A DNA stretch of 30,170 bases from Flavobacteriia bacterium. Its GTDB lineage: Bacteria; Bacteroidota; Bacteroidia; Flavobacteriales_D; Crocinitomicaceae. Below, piece by piece: positions 1 through 9,375 of the stretch; the first letter of the stretch is position 1, and the number at the start of each line of letters is the position of its first letter. The DNA is taken from contig RFSL01000001.1 of NCBI GenBank assembly GCA_009923965.1, positions 1-30,170 on the forward strand, read 5' to 3'. The notes under the pieces are model-generated. The model saw nothing but the letters and a program-made list of their open reading frames with translations, did no database searches and had not been told where the DNA came from. Position numbers and translations under genes: made by a program.

Positions 1-1232
1 ACGAGCTTATTTTGAATAAAATCTCGTACTTCCTTTTGCTCTACTTTATCCACAACCTCAGTGATAAAGGCTTGAGTAATGAGTGAACGTGCTGATTTTT
101 CTGAAAGACCGCGCGCGCGCAAGTAAAATACAGCATCTTCATCTAATTGCCCAGTTGTTGAACCATGCGAACACTTTACATCATTTGCATAAATTTCTAA
201 TTCAGGTTTTGAATTAACGCTTGCATCATCACTTAAAAGCACATTGGCATTCGATTGAAAAGCTGAAATTTTTTGTGCATTGGGTCGAACGAAAACCTTT
301 CCATTAAAAACGCCTGTTGCTTTTCCGCTTAGAATACCTTTGTATAATTCATTTGAATTGCAATGGGGTGCAATGTGATCTACGATAGTATGATTGTCGA
401 GGTGCTGTAAATCTTTTAACAAGTATGCGCCATTCAAGTTTGTTTCACAGTTTTCCCCTTCAATAAGAAAAGAACTATTGTTGCGAACCCAAGCTCCTGA
501 AATACTAAAAGTATTAAGCAGAACAGTAGAATTTCGCTTTTGAATACTATAATCTTCACACAGTAAAAATGAACTAGCATTTTCCATTTGTAATTTATCA
601 CAGGAAATACGCGCATTTTCCTCAACCAGATATTCTACAATCGGCAGGGAAAATAAGTGTTCTCCACTTGTTGTAAATTGCTGAATGAGCTTAAAAGAAG
701 AGCCTTTTTTAACATGAATAAAAACACGAAAAGGCGCGAAACAATTTTCTCCATGTGTATGAAATAAAAGTTGAAATACTCCTTCTATTTGAGCATTTTC
801 TTCCACTTCAATGAAAAGTCCTTCTTGCGAATAAAGTGTATTTAGTGCTAAAAAAATATTTTGCGTCAGATCTGCTTTTTTCCCAATTAAACTTAATTGT
901 TGCTCGCTGCACTTTGAAAATGGCGTAATTGTTAAACCAGCGATTTCCTTTGAAAAAGAAGTGATATAGCCATTGGTTATGCGCACAATACCATTGTCTG
1001 TTAAGGGTGCGACAACTTGCTCATTCTCCCTTATTTTTTCTTGATGTAAGCGCAGTTGAGCCAATTTCGCTAGCCGTGTATATTTCCAAAATTCAGTTTT
1101 TGTCGTTGGAAAATCTAAGTGCAACAAGGTATTTTTTGCATCCGCTATGCTTGTCGGCGAGAAGGCCAGATTTGTTTCATTAAATTTTGATGCAAAGGCC
1201 TGTATCTTGGATATATTTTCCATTATTTCCAT
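1..1232 (-). CDS. sufD: Fe-S cluster assembly protein SufD (3' end truncated by the window edge)
   Basis: Not in the ORF track. I translated it by hand: ATG at 1232 directly after the sufC stop, in a frame that continues off the left edge. Motifs DFPTTKTEFWKYT, QHLDNHTIVDHIAPHCNSNELYKG and KPELEIYANDVKCSHGSTTGQLDEDAVFYLRARG. Alternative start at 1223. Confidence 0.95.
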   Translation of the reverse strand, partial: MEIMENISKIQAFASKFNETNLAFSPTSIADAKNTLLHLDFPTTKTEFWKYTRLAKLAQLRLHQEKIRENEQVVAPLTDNGIVRITNGYITSFSKEIAGLTITPFSKCSEQQLSLIGKKADLTQNIFLALNTLYSQEGLFIEVEENAQIEGVFQLLFHTHGENCFAPFRVFIHVKKGSSFKLIQQFTTSGEHLFSLPIVEYLVEENARISCDKLQMENASSFLLCEDYSIQKRNSTVLLNTFSISGAWVRNNSSFLIEGENCETNLNGAYLLKDLQHLDNHTIVDHIAPHCNSNELYKGILSGKATGVFNGKVFVRPNAQKISAFQSNANVLLSDDASVNSKPELEIYANDVKCSHGSTTGQLDEDAVFYLRARGLSEKSARSLITQAFITEVVDKVEQKEVRDFIQNKL

Positions 1233-1994
1233 TTAGTCGGCGTTACTTGCTAGTTCCTCCTTAATCCAATCGTAACCTTTTTCTTCCAATTCTAAAGCCA
1301 ATTCTTTTCCGCCAGACTTTACGATTTTTCCATCGTATAAAACATGAACAAAGTCAGGAATAATATAATCTAAGAGACGTTGGTAGTGAGTTATGATAAT
1401 TGCAGCATTTTTTGGCGAGCGCAATTTGTTAACTCCGTTTGCCACAATTCTTAAAGCATCGATGTCTAAACCAGAATCTGTTTCGTCTAAAATCGCCAAT
1501 TTTGGATTGAGCATCGCCATCTGAAAAATCTCATTTCTTTTTTTCTCGCCTCCAGAAAATCCTTCATTCACAGAACGACTTGCTAATTTACTATCCAATT
1601 CTACTAATGCCGATTTTTCTTTTACTAGCGCCAAAAAATCTTTTGCTGAAATTGGCTGTTCTCCTCTATATTCTCTGATTTCATTTAGAGCGCTTTTCAA
1701 GAAATTTACATTCGACACACCAGGAATTTCAATAGGATATTGAAAAGCTAAAAATAATCCCTGTCTAGCTCTATCTTCAGTAGAAAGTTCTAATAAATCT
1801 TTTCCATCGAACTCTACATTTCCTTCAGTAACTGTATAATCCTCTTTTCCAGCAAGGATGCTCGCCAAGGTGCTTTTTCCAGAGCCGTTCGGGCCCATTA
1901 TAGCATGAATTTCTCCAGCTTTAACATTTAAGTTAAGACCTTTGAGGATTTTTTTCTCCTCAACTTCTGCATGTAAATTAACGATGTTTATCAT
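1233..1994 (-). CDS. sufC: Fe-S cluster assembly ATPase SufC
   Basis: Walker A GPNGSGKS, signature NEGFSGGEKKRNEI, LDETDSGLDIDAL and ITHYQRLL; lies between sufB and sufD. Confidence 0.98.
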   Translation of the reverse strand: MINIVNLHAEVEEKKILKGLNLNVKAGEIHAIMGPNGSGKSTLASILAGKEDYTVTEGNVEFDGKDLLELSTEDRARQGLFLAFQYPIEIPGVSNVNFLKSALNEIREYRGEQPISAKDFLALVKEKSALVELDSKLASRSVNEGFSGGEKKRNEIFQMAMLNPKLAILDETDSGLDIDALRIVANGVNKLRSPKNAAIIITHYQRLLDYIIPDFVHVLYDGKIVKSGGKELALELEEKGYDWIKEELASNAD

Positions 1995-2011
1995 CTACTT
2001 TTTATATTAAA

Positions 2012-3460
2012 TTATCCGACACTTCCTTCTAAGCTAATCGCTAAAAGTTTCTGCGCCTCAACAGCAAATTCCATAGGAAGTTGGTTCAATACTTCTTTGC
2101 AATAGCCGTTTACAATTAAACTAATTGCTTTTTCTTCACTAAGTCCTCGCTGCTTGCAATAGAACAATTGATCTTCACCAATCTTTGAAGTTGTTGCTTC
2201 ATGTTCAATTTTTGCTGAGGGATTTTTACATTCAATGTATGGAAAAGTATGCGCACCGCAGGTATCACCCATTAATAAAGAATCACATTGAGAAAAATTG
2301 CGTGCGTTTTTGGCATTTTTATGAATTTGTACTAATCCTCTGTATGAATTTTGAGATTTTCCAGCAGAAATCCCTTTTGAAATAATTGTGCTTTTTGTAT
2401 TTTTTCCTAGGTGAATCATTTTTGTGCCTGTGTCAGCTTGCTGATAATTGTTTGTAACAGCCACTGAATAAAATTCCCCAATAGAATAATCTCCTTTGAG
2501 GATGCAAGAAGGATATTTCCATGTAACTGCAGAACCTGTTTCAACTTGCGTCCAAGAAATTTTAGATTTCCGTTCACAAATTCCTCTTTTCGTCACGAAA
2601 TTATAAATCCCCCCCAATCCATTTTTATCTCCAGGATACCAATTTTGAACGGTAGAATATTTTATTTCTGCATTCTCAAGTGCAATAAGTTCCACAACTG
2701 CAGCATGCAATTGATTTTCATCACGCTGAGGTGCAGTGCAACCTTCCAAATAGGAAACATAGGCTCCTTCATCTGCAATTACTAAAGTTCTTTCAAATTG
2801 CCCCGTTCCTCCTTCATTTATTCTGAAATAAGTTGAAAGTTCCATAGGACAGCGAACACCTTTTGGGATATAGCAAAAAGAACCGTCTGTAAATACCGCG
2901 GAATTTAAGGCAGCATAAAAATTATCTGAAGTTGGAATAACAGTTCCCATGTATTTTTGAACCAATTCAGGGTGCTCTTTAACCGCTTCCGAAAAAGAAC
3001 AAAAGATAATTCCAAGCTCACTTAATTTTGATTTGAAAGATGTAGCAACTGAAACAGAATCCATAACAAAATCTACGGCAACTCCTGTGAGTCGCATTTG
3101 CTCTTCCATAGAAATCCCCAATTTTTTCATTGTTGCTTTCATTTCTGGATCGACATCCTCCCAAGATTCATATTTCTTACTCTGTTTCGGAGCTGAGTAA
3201 TATGCTATTTCATCAAATTTTGGCTTCTCGTAATGCACATGACCCCATTCTGGCTCAGTCATTGTCTGCCAAACAGCAAATGCTTTTAAGCGGTAGTCCA
3301 GCATCCAATTTGGCTCTTCTTTTTTTGATGAAATTAAGCGAATAATATCTTCATTTAAGCCAACAGAAATTTTATCGGATTCGATATTTGTGACAAATCC
3401 GTATTTATATTCTTGATTTTGTAAATCTTTTTCTAAATCGTTTTCTGTATAGTTGCTCAT
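2012..3460 (-). CDS. sufB: Fe-S cluster assembly protein SufB
   Basis: [45 protein letters not shown] and EHEATTSKI motifs; 482 aa. Confidence 0.98.
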   Translation of the reverse strand: MSNYTENDLEKDLQNQEYKYGFVTNIESDKISVGLNEDIIRLISSKKEEPNWMLDYRLKAFAVWQTMTEPEWGHVHYEKPKFDEIAYYSAPKQSKKYESWEDVDPEMKATMKKLGISMEEQMRLTGVAVDFVMDSVSVATSFKSKLSELGIIFCSFSEAVKEHPELVQKYMGTVIPTSDNFYAALNSAVFTDGSFCYIPKGVRCPMELSTYFRINEGGTGQFERTLVIADEGAYVSYLEGCTAPQRDENQLHAAVVELIALENAEIKYSTVQNWYPGDKNGLGGIYNFVTKRGICERKSKISWTQVETGSAVTWKYPSCILKGDYSIGEFYSVAVTNNYQQADTGTKMIHLGKNTKSTIISKGISAGKSQNSYRGLVQIHKNAKNARNFSQCDSLLMGDTCGAHTFPYIECKNPSAKIEHEATTSKIGEDQLFYCKQRGLSEEKAISLIVNGYCKEVLNQLPMEFAVEAQKLLAISLEGSVG

Positions 3461-3478
3461 TATTTGCTTTTCTCTACT

Positions 3479-3802
3479 TTAAACTGAAAATGATTCTCCA
3501 CAACCACAAGTCCTATCTGCATTTGGATTTTTAAAAATAAATCCTTTACCATTTAAACCACCTGAAAAATCAAGGATTGTTCCAATTAAATACAAAAAAC
3601 TTTTTTTGTCAACTACCACTCGAATTCCGTTGTCTTCAAAGGATTTATCTTCTTCTTTTTCTTCATTGTCGAAGGTCAATTGATACATTAAACCTGAACA
3701 ACCGCCACCTTCAACACCAACACGAATAAATAATCCATCTTTTCCTTCATCATCCATTAGACGAAGTGCTTGTTTTTTTGCAGCATCTGTTACAGTAATC
3801 AT
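3479..3802 (-). CDS. iscA: HesB/IscA/SufA-family A-type Fe-S carrier
   Basis: GGGCSGLMY and C-terminal NPNADRTCGCGESFSV; first gene of the suf operon. Confidence 0.95.
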   Translation of the reverse strand: MITVTDAAKKQALRLMDDEGKDGLFIRVGVEGGGCSGLMYQLTFDNEEKEEDKSFEDNGIRVVVDKKSFLYLIGTILDFSGGLNGKGFIFKNPNADRTCGCGESFSV

Positions 3803-3811
3803 GTGCCTTGT

Positions 3812-3834
3812 TTATTTAGATTTATTATAAATAA
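3812..3834. promoter_or_regulatory. Putative Fur box (Flavobacteriia type) upstream of the suf operon
   Basis: Imperfect palindrome ttATTTAGATTTATTATAAATaa. The core 3814-3832 matches 17/19 to the Riemerella anatipestifer Fur box as I recall it (ATTTAGAATTATTCTAAAT). Confidence 0.65.
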
Positions 3835-3849
3835 CAATGAATTGCATTG

Positions 3850-3857
3850 CAAAAATA
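3850..3857 (-). promoter_or_regulatory. Bacteroidota primary-sigma -7 element for the suf operon
   Basis: Minus strand TATTTTTG matches TAnnTTTG, about 48 nt upstream of the iscA ATG. Confidence 0.55.
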
Positions 3858-4029
3858 CCGCTTTTATGGTATTCTCACAAATAAATCTCATACTTGTCTA
3901 ACAAATAAATGAAAATTTGGTTTTAATTTTATTTGTTTGTCCTATTTCTATAAAAAGTAAATCCAAGGAAATAGAATATGTTAGATAGAAAAAAATAAAA
4001 CAAATTAAATTTTTATCTGTTAAAAGAGT

Positions 4030-4620
4030 ATGAAACAGAGACTTTTATTTTTTTTAATACTGCTTTCTTCAATACTTCATTGCCAAACAAAGCAAGATAA
4101 ATTTGCAGTTGCTTATTTTGGAAGCGGTTGTTTTTGGTGTGTTGAAGCAATCTTTGAAAGTGTTAAAGGAATCGAATATGCTGAGTCGGGGTATTCAGGC
4201 GGTAAAGTTAAAAATCCTAGTTATAATCAAATTTGTACTGGAACTACTGGTCATGCCGAGACAGTAAAAGTAGTGTATGATCCCAAACTGATTTCCTATG
4301 ATGATTTATTAAGAGTATTCTTCAATTCTCACGATCCAACAACTTTAAATCAGCAAGGACCAGATAAAGGAACACAGTATCGCTCGGTTATTTTTTATAC
4401 TTCAAATGAAGAAAAAGAGAAGGCAAAAGGGTATATTCAAAAATTGTTGACAGCTAAAAAATTTAAGTCCATCACAACAGAATGTGTTGCCTTGGAAAAA
4501 TTTTATAAGGCAGAGGACTACCATCAAAACTTTGAAAGAGACAACCCCGATAATCCATATGTTATTTCTGTGAGTAAACCCAGACTCAACGCTTTTAAAA
4601 AGAAACACCTAAAAAAATAA
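4030..4620 (+). CDS. msrA: Peptide methionine sulfoxide reductase A with N-terminal export signal
   Basis: GSGCFWC active site, GYSGG, GHAETV, QGPDKGTQYRS and AEDYHQN; hydrophobic N-terminus MKQRLLFFLILLSSILHC. Confidence 0.96.
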   Translation: MKQRLLFFLILLSSILHCQTKQDKFAVAYFGSGCFWCVEAIFESVKGIEYAESGYSGGKVKNPSYNQICTGTTGHAETVKVVYDPKLISYDDLLRVFFNSHDPTTLNQQGPDKGTQYRSVIFYTSNEEKEKAKGYIQKLLTAKKFKSITTECVALEKFYKAEDYHQNFERDNPDNPYVISVSKPRLNAFKKKHLKK

Positions 4621-4622
4621 AA

Positions 4623-5207
4623 ATGAATAAAATTTTTCTAATTCTTGCAGTAATAATTGGTATTTTCTTTCTTTCACAATTAATTATGGCTTTTCAATCC
4701 GATAAAATCGAAACACCAAAATATACCGTTTTAAAAAAATACGATGAATTTGAAACTCGGCAATATGATACGATGATTATTGCCCAAACAATTCTTCCTT
4801 CTTCATCTTATGATGCTTCTTCAAGCATGGGATTTCGTCGTGTGGCATCTTATATTTTTGGTGGAAACGATAAAAATGAATCTATTTCAATGACTGCTCC
4901 AGTCTTTATGGAAATGGGAGACAATACAAAAATGGCATTTGTAATGCCAAAGAACTACAAATTAGAGGCGCTCCCAAAACCTAATTCAGGGGATGTGCAA
5001 TTAATTGTAATTGAGCCAAAAAAATATGCAGTGATAAAATTTTCTGGTTATGCTTCTGACGAAAAAATTAAAGAGAAAAGTCAAGAACTTCAAAATTTAA
5101 TTTCTCGTGAAAAATTAACTAAGGTTGGTACATTTCAGTATCTTGGGTACAATCCTCCATGGAAAGTTATTGGAAGAAAAAACGAGATTGCAGTGGAGAT
5201 AAATTAA
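4623..5207 (+). CDS. SOUL heme-binding family protein
   Basis: ETPKYTV, GFRRVASYIFGGN, ISMTAPV, MAFVMP and YNPPW...RKNEI motifs; N-terminal hydrophobic anchor or signal. Confidence 0.88.
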   Translation: MNKIFLILAVIIGIFFLSQLIMAFQSDKIETPKYTVLKKYDEFETRQYDTMIIAQTILPSSSYDASSSMGFRRVASYIFGGNDKNESISMTAPVFMEMGDNTKMAFVMPKNYKLEALPKPNSGDVQLIVIEPKKYAVIKFSGYASDEKIKEKSQELQNLISREKLTKVGTFQYLGYNPPWKVIGRKNEIAVEIN

Positions 5208-5210
5208 TGT

Positions 5211-6065
5211 TTAAAGTCTTCTGTACCATTGACATATTGGTGTTGGGATTTGTCTAAATACTCCTCCAGTCTGAACAAAAGCAAAACCAAATTGAAAAGC
5301 ATTCGTTTCAGTAAAATGATACCTCAAATTTGGTGTAAAAAACCCGAATTCCTTTGTAATAAATGAGTCAAAAATAAAACTTAATTTATTGCTTAATTTA
5401 ATCATCCCAGCAATTGAATAAAGAGCTGTACCTTGACTTTCGAGGCCTTTCCATGAAGCTCCGTATCCATAACTAAAATTTATGTTATTTCTACCATTGC
5501 CGAATGTTAACGCCGCAAAAGGAAGCGCTAAACCTGATCGTAAATCATCCATAAAACTCCATGTAGTTGTTCCTAAAAGTCCGCCAATAGCATAATGAAC
5601 ATTTTTGCTAATTTTATTAGAATACTTAAACGACCCAACAACAGGGGTGGCAAACCAAGAAGTCATTATCCCAACTCCAAAGTGGTCACTAACACTAAAT
5701 TGGATGTCAGGCCCAAATAAATTCCATTGAATATAGTTTTTCCCTTTTTCAATTGGCAAACCATTTGTTGTTAAAAAATATCGAGTACAATAATTATCCT
5801 TTCCAATATATTTTCCGTTTATGCTCATATCAGATTCATTAATATCACTGATAGTTTTAACAAAAAATTGCGGAATAATTTGTCGACGGCCATCTAAAGA
5901 AGATACTGTAAGTTCTCTTTCATTATTTTGGGTAACTTTTCCAATTATTTTTGTCCCATCATTTAAAGTGACACAAACCAACTTGGTAGAATCAGTAGGA
6001 TATGTTTGAGAAAAACCAAAATTAAAAGAAAAAATAAATGAGCAGATTATAATTAATTGTTTCAT
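5211..6065 (-). CDS. Hypothetical exported protein, probably an outer-membrane beta-barrel
   Basis: Signal peptide ending FGFS-Q, a small LNDGTKIIGKV beta-domain, then alternating aromatic/Gly amphipathic strands. Confidence 0.6.
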   Translation of the reverse strand: MKQLIIICSFIFSFNFGFSQTYPTDSTKLVCVTLNDGTKIIGKVTQNNERELTVSSLDGRRQIIPQFFVKTISDINESDMSINGKYIGKDNYCTRYFLTTNGLPIEKGKNYIQWNLFGPDIQFSVSDHFGVGIMTSWFATPVVGSFKYSNKISKNVHYAIGGLLGTTTWSFMDDLRSGLALPFAALTFGNGRNNINFSYGYGASWKGLESQGTALYSIAGMIKLSNKLSFIFDSFITKEFGFFTPNLRYHFTETNAFQFGFAFVQTGGVFRQIPTPICQWYRRL

Positions 6066-6096
6066 ATTGAATAATTAATGTTAGTATTCGTAAATT

Positions 6097-6104
6097 CAAA
6101 GTTA
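6097..6104 (-). promoter_or_regulatory. -7 promoter element for the 5211..6065 gene
   Basis: Minus strand TAACTTTG, about 31 nt upstream of the ATG. Confidence 0.55.
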
Positions 6105-6170
6105 GTTATAGGTTACCAATTAAAATAAATTGATTTCACAAATCACTGCATCTTAGTTGCGAAAATCGCA

Positions 6171-6199
6171 AAATAAAAACCTAAGAAAAGCTTTTTAGG
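6171..6199 (-). terminator. Possible intrinsic terminator after the S41 peptidase operon
   Basis: Imperfect hairpin CCTAAAAAGCTTTTCTTAGG followed by TTTTTATTT on the minus strand, just after the stop; the stem is weak. Confidence 0.35.
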
Positions 6200-6201
6200 G
6201 C

Positions 6202-7782
6202 TTATTTAAGTACTTTTAACGCAGTCGTTAATTCAATATCAAGGGGATTTATAGTCCTGTAAAAACCTTCTTCAGTCCAAATTTGGCGCGCAATTTCAGC
6301 TTTTAATAGTTTGGCAATATTTTTTTTGCTGTGTTGGTATTCTTTAGCATTAAATACAACTTTAAATTGCTTTACGGCAAAGTCTGTGAATTCTTTAGAT
6401 AGTTTTTCATCAACAATAAATTGCTCATTAAAACTTTTTGCATCTTTCCATGAGTTTCTCTTAGCGCTTACATAATCAAATGAAAAAGCAGTAAATGCTC
6501 CACTGAACTGAAGAGAGGTTAAATAAAAGCTGGTTCCAGAAGAATCAAAAGGCACAAAAACATCTGGTTGAATTCCACCTCCTCCATAAACAAAACGACC
6601 TTTTAGTGTTTTAAATTTCAATGAATCTGCAAGCAAACGTTTATCTTGAACATACAGCTCATTATTAGTAAAGCGCTCTTCATCAGCCATGTAATCCTCG
6701 TATTTACCATTATAAGGCCTTTGAATACAACGTCCAGAAGGAGTATAATAACGTGCAATAGTTATGCGCAAGTTACTCCCATCTCGCAATAAACGATCTT
6801 CCTGTACCAATCCTTTTCCAAAAGATCTTCTCCCAACAATAATAGCTCGGTCGTTATCTTGTAAGGCACCAGCTAATATTTCACTTGCAGAAGCGGAATA
6901 TGCGTTAATTAGCACAACTGTTTTTGTGTTTTCTAATAAACCCCCTGAATTCGATTTATATATTTGCTCTCCGCTTTTTCTACCTTTTGTTTTCAGCATA
7001 ATAAGTCCCCCCTTTAAAAATTCATCGGCAATATCTGTAGCTGCTGTTAAAACTCCACCACCATTATTTCTTAAGTCAAGCACTAATTTTGTCATTCCCA
7101 TTTCTTTCAATCGAGAAGCAGCAATATTAAAGTCTCGAGCGGTAGGAACAGAAAATTGATCAATTAAAATATAACCTGTCGTTGCGTTGAGCATGTAAGC
7201 ACAAGTAATGGTTTCCAATGGAATTGCTCCCCTTTGAAGTGAAAAAAATTTATACTTTTTCCCTCTGAGGACTTTAAATTTAACCTTTGTTCCCGCGAGC
7301 CCTTTTAGTTTTTGCATTACTTTTTCATTGGTTATTTTTTTGCCAACAACAGATTTACCCTCAATTTCAATGATTTTATCCCCGGCTTTTACGCCTGCCA
7401 TTTCTGAGGGTGATCTGCCAATAATATTTGTAATACAAATTGTATCTCGCAATAAGAGAAAACGCACTCCAATGCCTCCAAATTCCCCCTCAATGGATTC
7501 ATTAACTGCTGCCATATCTTTTGACGCAATGTAGTTGCTATGTGGATCAAGTTTATGGAGCATTTCAGAAATTGTCTCTTCAAAAACCCTGTCTTTATCG
7601 ACTTTATCAACGTAACGATTTTCGAGTAAATCCAAAATATCTTCTAGCTTTTGGACATCGGCAGCCTTCTCTGTATTATTTGAAAAACCATTGCTAAGTA
7701 GACCCCCAAAATAAAGACCAAGGGCTAAAAAAAGTGATAAAAGAAGGGGTAAGGTATAATTTGATTTTGGGGCTTCAGACAT
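6202..7782 (-). CDS. ctpA: S41 family C-terminal processing peptidase (CtpA/Prc-like)
   Basis: N-terminal TM, LDPHSNY, PDZ (FGGIGVRF), DLRNNGGG, SASASEILAG and RSFGKGLVQ. Confidence 0.93.
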   Translation of the reverse strand: MSEAPKSNYTLPLLLSLFLALGLYFGGLLSNGFSNNTEKAADVQKLEDILDLLENRYVDKVDKDRVFEETISEMLHKLDPHSNYIASKDMAAVNESIEGEFGGIGVRFLLLRDTICITNIIGRSPSEMAGVKAGDKIIEIEGKSVVGKKITNEKVMQKLKGLAGTKVKFKVLRGKKYKFFSLQRGAIPLETITCAYMLNATTGYILIDQFSVPTARDFNIAASRLKEMGMTKLVLDLRNNGGGVLTAATDIADEFLKGGLIMLKTKGRKSGEQIYKSNSGGLLENTKTVVLINAYSASASEILAGALQDNDRAIIVGRRSFGKGLVQEDRLLRDGSNLRITIARYYTPSGRCIQRPYNGKYEDYMADEERFTNNELYVQDKRLLADSLKFKTLKGRFVYGGGGIQPDVFVPFDSSGTSFYLTSLQFSGAFTAFSFDYVSAKRNSWKDAKSFNEQFIVDEKLSKEFTDFAVKQFKVVFNAKEYQHSKKNIAKLLKAEIARQIWTEEGFYRTINPLDIELTTALKVLK

Positions 7783-8212
7783 TGGATATATTTTCTATAT
7801 GATCTATTTTAATTCCGGCATCCGTTAAAAAATCTATGCCAGAAATATCTTTGTATTTTTCCTTAAACACGACTCTTGTAATTCCAGATTGTAGAATTAA
7901 TTTACTGCATTCCTTGCAGGGAGAGTGTGTTAAATAGAGCGTCGCATCTTTGCAATTATTTGTCGACTTCGCTACTTTTAAAATTGCATTTGCTTCAGCA
8001 TGTAAAACATACCAATGTGTTTCGCCGGATTCATTTTCGCAGGTATTATCAAAGCCAGCTGGAGTGCCGTTGTATCCGTCAGAAATAATAATTGCATCTT
8101 TTACAATAATTGCCCCTACTTTTTTTCGTACACATTGGGATAATTCCGCCCAACTTTCAGCTAATCTCAAATAGGCGCGATCGTATCTTGCTTGCTTACT
8201 TTGTTCTTTCAT
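7775..8212 (-). CDS. dCMP deaminase family protein
   Basis: HAEANA and SPCKEC zinc motifs, GYNGTPAG; overlaps the S41 peptidase start by 8 bp. Confidence 0.93.
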   Translation of the reverse strand: MKEQSKQARYDRAYLRLAESWAELSQCVRKKVGAIIVKDAIIISDGYNGTPAGFDNTCENESGETHWYVLHAEANAILKVAKSTNNCKDATLYLTHSPCKECSKLILQSGITRVVFKEKYKDISGIDFLTDAGIKIDHIENISNV

Positions 8213-8215
8213 AAG

Positions 8216-9361
8216 TTACAAAAGTAAAGATTTGCTTTCATTCAAACGAAAAAGATTTTCAGCAATCGCATCTGCAAAAAGCAAGCCTTTTTTAGTTAAC
8301 AAAAAAACAGTTGATGTCTCCAAAATCTCCCCTCCCAAAATATAATTATTAATGCATTTTTCCTCTTCTTCAGAAAAACCACCAAGCAAACTTATTTTTT
8401 CTTTAGAAACGCCCCATTTTGTTCTTAATCCTATTAAAAAAAGTTCGTTCCATTGGTCTTCTTTGCTAAGTATTTCCTCTTCGTACCACGAATCATTTAA
8501 ACTAACATTTTTATAATATTTTGTATTATTAGAAATATTCCATCTTCGGTGTGTTCCGTCAAATGAATGAGCGGATGGACCAATGCCAAGAAAAGGAACT
8601 CCTTTCCAATAATTTGAATTGTGGTTTGAATACTGTTCATCTCTTGCGAAATTTGAAATTTCATATTGCTCATATCCATTTATCGCTAAGAATTCGATCA
8701 TCTCCTCAAATTGTGTACTTTGAACTTCATCATTTGCAGGAAGTATTTTTTTCTTTTTTACCTCTTGAAACAAGGCTGTTTTTGGTTCAATGGTAAGGCA
8801 GTAGGCAGAAATATGCGTAACATTTAGCGCAAGAACTGATTGTAAATGCTCCTTCCATTCCTTCGAACTTAAATTTGGAAGTCCATACATTATATCAACA
8901 CTAATATTCTTAAATCCATATGATTGCGCAAGTTTAACAGACTTTATCCCCTCGTCTACATTGTGAGAACGATTCATCCAAGTCAAATCACTTTCTTTAA
9001 ACGATTGTAATCCAATTGATAAACGATTTATTCCTTGTTCTTTCCAAAGAATTAAATTCTCTACTGAAATATCTTCAGGATTTGCCTCTAGCGTTATTTC
9101 GATACTCTGCCCAAGAATAAAGTTGTCTTTGACTGTGTTAATAATAAGCTCTATCTCAGATTTTAAAAGCAGACTTGGAGTTCCGCCGCCAAAATAAATT
9201 GTTTTAATCTTTTCAGAAATTTCATTCTTCCTAAGAATTAGTTCTTGAGATATGGCTTTTATTACCGCTTCTCTATAAACCTCAAAAGAGGTGGAAAAAT
9301 GAAAATCGCAATAAGAACAGCGCTGTTTACAAAAAGGAATGTGTATGTATATTCCAGCCAT
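8216..9361 (-). CDS. hemW: Radical SAM heme chaperone HemW (HemN-like)
   Basis: IYIHIPFCKQRCSYCDF, YFGGGTPS, YEISNFAR and HNSNYW. Confidence 0.92.
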   Translation of the reverse strand: MAGIYIHIPFCKQRCSYCDFHFSTSFEVYREAVIKAISQELILRKNEISEKIKTIYFGGGTPSLLLKSEIELIINTVKDNFILGQSIEITLEANPEDISVENLILWKEQGINRLSIGLQSFKESDLTWMNRSHNVDEGIKSVKLAQSYGFKNISVDIMYGLPNLSSKEWKEHLQSVLALNVTHISAYCLTIEPKTALFQEVKKKKILPANDEVQSTQFEEMIEFLAINGYEQYEISNFARDEQYSNHNSNYWKGVPFLGIGPSAHSFDGTHRRWNISNNTKYYKNVSLNDSWYEEEILSKEDQWNELFLIGLRTKWGVSKEKISLLGGFSEEEEKCINNYILGGEILETSTVFLLTKKGLLFADAIAENLFRLNESKSLLL

Positions 9362-9375
9362 TCCCTACTTGAAAA

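Noticed and set aside
434-625. 63-aa track ORF
   Set aside because: Alternative frame inside sufD with no recognisable motif.
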